Below, piece by piece: positions 59,175 to 64,000 of a DNA stretch of 64,000 nucleotides. The notes below the pieces were generated by a model. That model was not told the DNA's origin. It ran no database searches and worked only from the letters and a program-made list of their open reading frames with translations. The position numbers and the translations under genes are program-made. Within the stretch, counting starts at the first letter, position 1. Every line of letters starts with the position of its first letter. The stretch is from Nitrososphaeria archaeon. GTDB taxonomy: Archaea; Thermoproteota; Nitrososphaeria; Geothermarchaeales; JDFR-13. The stretch spans positions 992,001-1,056,000 of the forward strand of contig JALWXN010000004.1 of the NCBI GenBank assembly GCA_027078545.1, read 5' to 3'.

Positions 59175-60282
59175 GAGGGGTGTAGAGACACCCAGGCCCA
59201 CCATATACAGCAAATGGGTATATGACCATGGAGGGGCCGAGCCCGGGGAGGAGGTTATAGTCGAGACATATGAGAGGGAGACGATAGGCGTCGGGATCTA
59301 CGACGGGGCGGGCCCAATAGCAGTTAGGATGCTAGGCATAGGAGTAGCGGCACCAGCGGCCCAGCTCCTAGAGGAGAACCTCCTAAAGGCATACATCCTA
59401 AGGAGGGGCCTAGGCTGGGACTCATATAGACTGGTGAACTCGGACGGCGACATGATACCAGGGATAATCATAGACATCTATAGAGACACAGCCGTTATAC
59501 AGAGCGGAAGCCTAGGTATGGACCACCACCTAGAGACGATAGCGAGGATACTGAAGAAGCACGGGATAGCCGAATACATCTACATAAGGAACGACCAGAG
59601 AAGCAGGCGAGAAGCCGGCCTAGATACATGGAAGGACTGGCTCGGTGAGAGGGGCGAGACACAGATAACCATCCATGAGGGGGAGGCAAGGTTCCTAGTC
59701 GACATCGAGAAGGGACACAAGACAGGCTTCTTCCTAGACCAGCGGATGAACAGGCTGGAGACAAGGCTATACAGCAGGGACAGGGTAGTCCACGACCTCT
59801 ACGCCTATACAGGCGGCTTCGGCATACACGCCCTACTATCAGGGGCTAAGAAGGTCTACTTCATAGAGAGGGATGGATGGGCAGCCGAGATGATCGAGGA
59901 GAATATAAGGCTAAACAGGCTCAGTAACCGGAGCTACGAGGTTGTCCAGGGAGACGCCATGGAATGGCTAGGAGAAGCCAGGGGAGACCTAATCATAGCA
60001 GATCCAAACGCCTTCATACAGAGCCGGAGGGAGATTGAACACGGCACCAAGAGGTATAGAGAGCTATATACAGGGGTATACACCTCCCTTGAACATGGGG
60101 GAGTAGCCTTCCTAAGCAGCTGTAGCTACTTCCTAAGTGAGAAGAGGTTCCTAGAAATAGTGACAGGCCTGGGGAGCCACAGAGTACTAGGCTGGCTAAG
60201 GGGAGCCTCACCAGATCATGTGGTTAGACACGACACCCCGGAGCTCCGATACCTAAAGGCGGTCTTCATATACAAGGCCTAG
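59152..60282 (+). CDS. rlmI: RlmI-like (PUA + SAM) rRNA m5C methyltransferase
   Basis: RLVNSDGD.IPG, GHKTGFFLDQR, YTGGFG, DP, SCS, YLK. Confidence 0.85.
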   Translation: MVRVVRLRRGVETPRPTIYSKWVYDHGGAEPGEEVIVETYERETIGVGIYDGAGPIAVRMLGIGVAAPAAQLLEENLLKAYILRRGLGWDSYRLVNSDGDMIPGIIIDIYRDTAVIQSGSLGMDHHLETIARILKKHGIAEYIYIRNDQRSRREAGLDTWKDWLGERGETQITIHEGEARFLVDIEKGHKTGFFLDQRMNRLETRLYSRDRVVHDLYAYTGGFGIHALLSGAKKVYFIERDGWAAEMIEENIRLNRLSNRSYEVVQGDAMEWLGEARGDLIIADPNAFIQSRREIEHGTKRYRELYTGVYTSLEHGGVAFLSSCSYFLSEKRFLEIVTGLGSHRVLGWLRGASPDHVVRHDTPELRYLKAVFIYKA

Positions 60283-60821
60283 CTAATCTCGATACTCTCT
60301 ATAAACTCGAGCTCCCTAATCTCCTCTATAGCCTTGCCAGGCACCGGGCCCTCAGTAACTATGTACAGCTTCTGAGCCTCCTTGAGGTAGGGGCTCTCAG
60401 CAATGACCTGGACAATATTGACGCCATGCCTAGCAAGTATACCCGATACACCAGCAATGATCCCTGGCTGATCCCTCCTAGGCGTTATCGATAGAACGGA
60501 GTAGCCCAGGTAGCGGGCAACATCCCTCAGGAAAGGGCCAGCGGGCAACAGCCTCTCGAAGAAGCTGGAGAGCCACTCATCACGGCCTATAAACTCGACA
60601 GCACTCTGGACAACACGCCTATCAACACCTAGGGCCTCGGCCAGGGATGAGAAGGGGATCTTTATACTCCCGAGGTAGATCCTACCAGACCTCACGGAGA
60701 GGCCATAGTTGACCAGGGCCTCGACAACCCTCTTCTGGGCGGGACGGTCACGGAAGACCTCATCGATATAGCTTGGGAGATCCTTCAAACCGATCCACCA
60801 TAGACTCGATACATCAGTCAC
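60279..60821 (-). CDS. HTH-ACT regulator of amino acid metabolism (archaeal)
   Basis: IPFSSLAEALGVDRRVV, PGIIAGV ACT domain; divergent from trpB2. Confidence 0.8.
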   Translation of the reverse strand: MTDVSSLWWIGLKDLPSYIDEVFRDRPAQKRVVEALVNYGLSVRSGRIYLGSIKIPFSSLAEALGVDRRVVQSAVEFIGRDEWLSSFFERLLPAGPFLRDVARYLGYSVLSITPRRDQPGIIAGVSGILARHGVNIVQVIAESPYLKEAQKLYIVTEGPVPGKAIEEIRELEFIESIEIS

Positions 60822-60892
60822 ATATTTAATGCTCCAGAGCCTTTAACTGTTCATTAATGCTTAAATATGTTCATCGATGTATATCTATTATC

Positions 60893-62257
60893 ATGACCCC
60901 GAGAACCATCCACCTAGACCCAGAGGAGATGCCGAGGAGATGGTACAACATACTCCCCGACCTCCCAGAGCCACTACCACCACCCCTAGACCCGGAGACT
61001 GGTAAGCCACTAGGCCCAGAGAAGCTCGCCCCACTATTCCCCATGGAGCTGATCAAGCAGGAGGTAAGTACCGAACGCTTCATAGACATACCGGAGGAGG
61101 TCCTCGAGGTATACAGGATCTATAGGCCAACTCCACTCATCAGGGCTAAATACCTCGAGGAGAAGCTGGGAACGCCAGCCAAGATCTTCTATAAATATGA
61201 GGGTGTAAGCCCCACGGGGAGCCATAAGCCGAACACAGCGATAGCACAGGCATACTACAACATGAAGGAGGGTGTTGAGAGGCTCACCACAGAGACAGGG
61301 GCTGGGCAGTGGGGCAGCGCACTATCCTTCGCCGGCTACGTATATGGCCTCAAGGTCACTGTATACATGGTTAGGATAAGCTATCTACAGAAGCCCTTCA
61401 GGAAGGTATTGATGAGGCTCTATGGAGCAGATGTAGTGCCCAGCCCCAGCGATAGGACGCCCTATGGAAGGGAGCTCCTGAAGGAGGATCCTGAGCATCC
61501 AGGCAGCCTCGGGATAGCGATTACAGAGGCGGTGTACGACGCGGCTACAAACGAGGATACCAAGTATAGCCTAGGCAGCGTACTCAACCACGTCCTCATG
61601 CACCAGACCATCATTGGGCTTGAGGCGATCAAGCAGATGGAGATGATAGACATGATGCCCGACTACGTGGTGGGGGCAGTCGGGGGAGGCAGTAACTTCG
61701 CAGGCCTAGCATATCCATTCTACATGTTGAAGAAGATGGGCAAGGCCGACCCCAAGCTCCTGGCAGTAGAGCCAACAGCAGCCCCAACACTAACGAAGGG
61801 TGTCTATACCTACGACTTCGGAGACACGGGTAGGATGACACCACTGCTAAAGATGTATACCCTGGGACACACCTTCATCCCCCCACCCATACATGCAGGG
61901 GGGCTCAGATACCATGGCGACGCACCCACACTATGCCTCCTGAAGGACAAGGGGGAGATAGACGCAGTAGCCTATAACCAGGTCGAGGTCTTCGAGGCGG
62001 CGAAGCTATTCTTCACCACAGAGGGGATACTACCAGCCCCAGAGTCTGCCCACGCGGTGAAGGCTGCGATAGACCTTGCTCTCGAGGCCAAGGAGAAGGG
62101 TGAGGAGAGGGTTATACTCTTCAACCTTAGTGGGCACGGATTCTTCGATATGAAGGCCTACGAAGAATTCATAGAGGGCAAGCTAGAGCCCTACGACTAT
62201 CCAGAGGAGGAGATCAAACGGAATATTGAGAAGCTCCGTGAATTCGTCAAGGTCTGA
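60893..62257 (+). CDS. trpB2: Tryptophan synthase beta chain type 2
   Basis: [45 protein letters not shown]. Confidence 0.95.
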   Translation: MTPRTIHLDPEEMPRRWYNILPDLPEPLPPPLDPETGKPLGPEKLAPLFPMELIKQEVSTERFIDIPEEVLEVYRIYRPTPLIRAKYLEEKLGTPAKIFYKYEGVSPTGSHKPNTAIAQAYYNMKEGVERLTTETGAGQWGSALSFAGYVYGLKVTVYMVRISYLQKPFRKVLMRLYGADVVPSPSDRTPYGRELLKEDPEHPGSLGIAITEAVYDAATNEDTKYSLGSVLNHVLMHQTIIGLEAIKQMEMIDMMPDYVVGAVGGGSNFAGLAYPFYMLKKMGKADPKLLAVEPTAAPTLTKGVYTYDFGDTGRMTPLLKMYTLGHTFIPPPIHAGGLRYHGDAPTLCLLKDKGEIDAVAYNQVEVFEAAKLFFTTEGILPAPESAHAVKAAIDLALEAKEKGEERVILFNLSGHGFFDMKAYEEFIEGKLEPYDYPEEEIKRNIEKLREFVKV

Positions 62258-62810
62258 GGCGGAGGAGTAGGAGCTCCTCCCCACCCATATCCATTTTATC
62301 CACTATACGACCCCCATACCTATCAAGTATCTCCTCATACCTCGTCAGGCTAGAGACCACTACATAGACCTCTGAGCCGCACCCCCTAAGCCTATCCAAA
62401 ACCCTCGATAGGGTCTCCACACCACCCTCACCACCCAGGAACTGACTATCCACCATTGTAGAGGGATCCCCAGGTAGGTAGGGGGGATTGATAAGGACTA
62501 GGCCGAAGCCACACCTAAAGGCTTCATACCCATCAGCCAAGACGAGATCCACATATCCATCGACTCCGTTACGTAGAATATTCCTAGACGCCCAGGCCAG
62601 GGCACCCCAGGAGATATCTGTCCCGACCGTGTAGACACCCCTCATACCCAGGAGGATAGCCAATACGCCTGAGCCGGTCCCAATATCTAGTGCTGATACA
62701 TCCTTGCTGATCTCCTCTGCCACCGAGGCTATGAGTAGGGTGTCCTCGGCAGGCCTGTAGACATGGCTATCCCCCTCAAGCTCCACACCCCTGAACACAG
62801 CCCTCCACAC
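62247..62810 (-). CDS. HemK2/PrmC-like protein methyltransferase
   Basis: [24 protein letters not shown]. Confidence 0.88.
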   Translation of the reverse strand: MWRAVFRGVELEGDSHVYRPAEDTLLIASVAEEISKDVSALDIGTGSGVLAILLGMRGVYTVGTDISWGALAWASRNILRNGVDGYVDLVLADGYEAFRCGFGLVLINPPYLPGDPSTMVDSQFLGGEGGVETLSRVLDRLRGCGSEVYVVVSSLTRYEEILDRYGGRIVDKMDMGGEELLLLRLRP

Positions 62811-62866
62811 CTAGGCCCACCTACAGGGTCTTAATACCCAGCATATCATGTCCATACTATGTAGCG

Positions 62867-64000
62867 ATGACGAAGATAGTTGAGAGGCTAGACCTAGGAG
62901 AATATGCAACCTTCAAGCCTAATAAGGACCTACCCCGCCATAGATGGTTCTACTTCAAGGAGGGCTTCTCCCGCCACCTTGTTGAATACATGATTAGGAG
63001 GTTCAAGATAGGAGGGGGAGACACAGTCCTCGACCCATTCATGGGCGTGGGGACAACCCCATTGACGTGTAGGGAGCTGGGTATAAACACTGTTGGGGTG
63101 GAGGTCAGCCCCCTATTCAAGATGGTGGCCGAGGCCAAGACCTCAGACTACGACGTCGACAGGCTGAGGGAGATATCCAGCGAGATAATGTCTAGGAGGG
63201 GGAGGGTAGACCTATCTGGGCAGCACCCACTCCTATTGAAGGCATTCCCACGCCACAACCTCTACGACATCATACTATATAGGGAGGCGATAGAGGAGAT
63301 ACCCGAGGCGAGGTATAGAAACTTCTTCTACACAGCCCTAATATCAGCCGCGAACAAGGCGGGATACGCCTTCAAGGACGGGAGCAGGGTTAAGATAGTC
63401 CCAAAGAAACACGTCCCACCCTTCAAGGAGATGTTCCGGAGGACGGTCAAGATGATGATAAGCGACGTCGAGAGCCTCCCACTCAAGGATGTGGAGCACT
63501 CCCTATACCAGGGCGACGCCAGGAGGCTAACCATGCTGGGTGAGGAGGAGATAGACGCGGTGATAACCTCACCCCCATACCTGAACAAGATAGAGTACAC
63601 CACCCTCTACGAGATAGAATACCTACTAGTGTATGGAGACACGAGGGTCAACCCGATAAGAAGCTACATAGGCCTAACCTTCAGCAGGGAGGACGTACTA
63701 GAACTCCCAAAGGAGTATGAAGACCTCCCGCCAGGGGCGAGGGCCTACTTCACCGATCTTAGACAGGCAGTGGAGGAGATGTATAGAGTCCTGAGGAGGA
63801 ATGGCAGGGCAGCCATAGTCATAGGCCAGGGGATATACCCCGACAGAGTCATACCATCCGACAGGATACTGGCCGAGATGGCCAAGGGAATAGGCTTTAG
63901 AGAGGCTGAGATATGGATAGTTAACAAGAGGATAGCGACTAGGAGCAGGACGGTAAAGATAGGGGTGGCTGAGGAGTCAATAGTCATCCTGAGGAAGTAG
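62867..64000 (+). CDS. DNA amino-methyltransferase (likely m4C, alpha motif order)
   Basis: HRWFYFKEGFS, DPFMGVGTT precedes GDAR and TSPPY; stop codon at the window end. Confidence 0.85.
   Translation: MTKIVERLDLGEYATFKPNKDLPRHRWFYFKEGFSRHLVEYMIRRFKIGGGDTVLDPFMGVGTTPLTCRELGINTVGVEVSPLFKMVAEAKTSDYDVDRLREISSEIMSRRGRVDLSGQHPLLLKAFPRHNLYDIILYREAIEEIPEARYRNFFYTALISAANKAGYAFKDGSRVKIVPKKHVPPFKEMFRRTVKMMISDVESLPLKDVEHSLYQGDARRLTMLGEEEIDAVITSPPYLNKIEYTTLYEIEYLLVYGDTRVNPIRSYIGLTFSREDVLELPKEYEDLPPGARAYFTDLRQAVEEMYRVLRRNGRAAIVIGQGIYPDRVIPSDRILAEMAKGIGFREAEIWIVNKRIATRSRTVKIGVAEESIVILRK

Noticed and set aside
1-64000. CRISPR arrays, tRNA/rRNA genes, IS elements, inteins (checked in rgy and ileS), selenocysteine/readthrough
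   Set aside because: No periodic repeats, cloverleaf/T-loop motifs, transposase or integrase ORFs, intein-sized insertions or in-frame stops seen by eye; tRNAscan-SE and Infernal would be needed to exclude them fully
1-64000. CTAG appears frequent although it is avoided in many prokaryotes
   Set aside because: Explainable by CTA/AGG codon preference; not quantified, so no claim made

Overview
Gene-dense chromosomal segment of a hyperthermophilic archaeon. Support: reverse gyrase, tungsten-type aldehyde:ferredoxin oxidoreductase, ADP-forming acyl-CoA synthetase, Taw3, PINA, DUF2258, TrpB2 and AGG/ATA/CTA-rich codon usage. A TACK-type lineage is plausible but the taxon cannot be fixed from this window. 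About 60 CDSs were found, mostly housekeeping: RNA modification, DNA repair and topology, SDH, 2-oxoacid oxidoreductase and Cu export. I saw no rRNA, tRNA, CRISPR array or recognisable mobile element. Highlights: (1) a minimal capC-capB (poly-gamma-glutamate synthase) pair in a hyperthermophile; (2) two TtuA/Ncs6 paralogues, one with a destroyed PP-loop but intact Fe-S and Zn ligands, suggesting an archaeal Ncs6/Ncs2(CTU1/CTU2)-like heterodimer; (3) an unannotated double-guide C/D-box sRNA at 194-261 whose two guides match adjacent 23S rRNA domain II sites; (4) a tandem asymmetric ThyX and other apparent pseudo-enzymes; (5) two probable non-canonical start codons (ATA, CTG); (6) a CDGSH Fe-S mini-gene missed by the ORF track; (7) an orphan PD-(D/E)XK-like nuclease and an alpha-type amino-methyltransferase. 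All family calls come from motif recognition by eye; no database searches were run.
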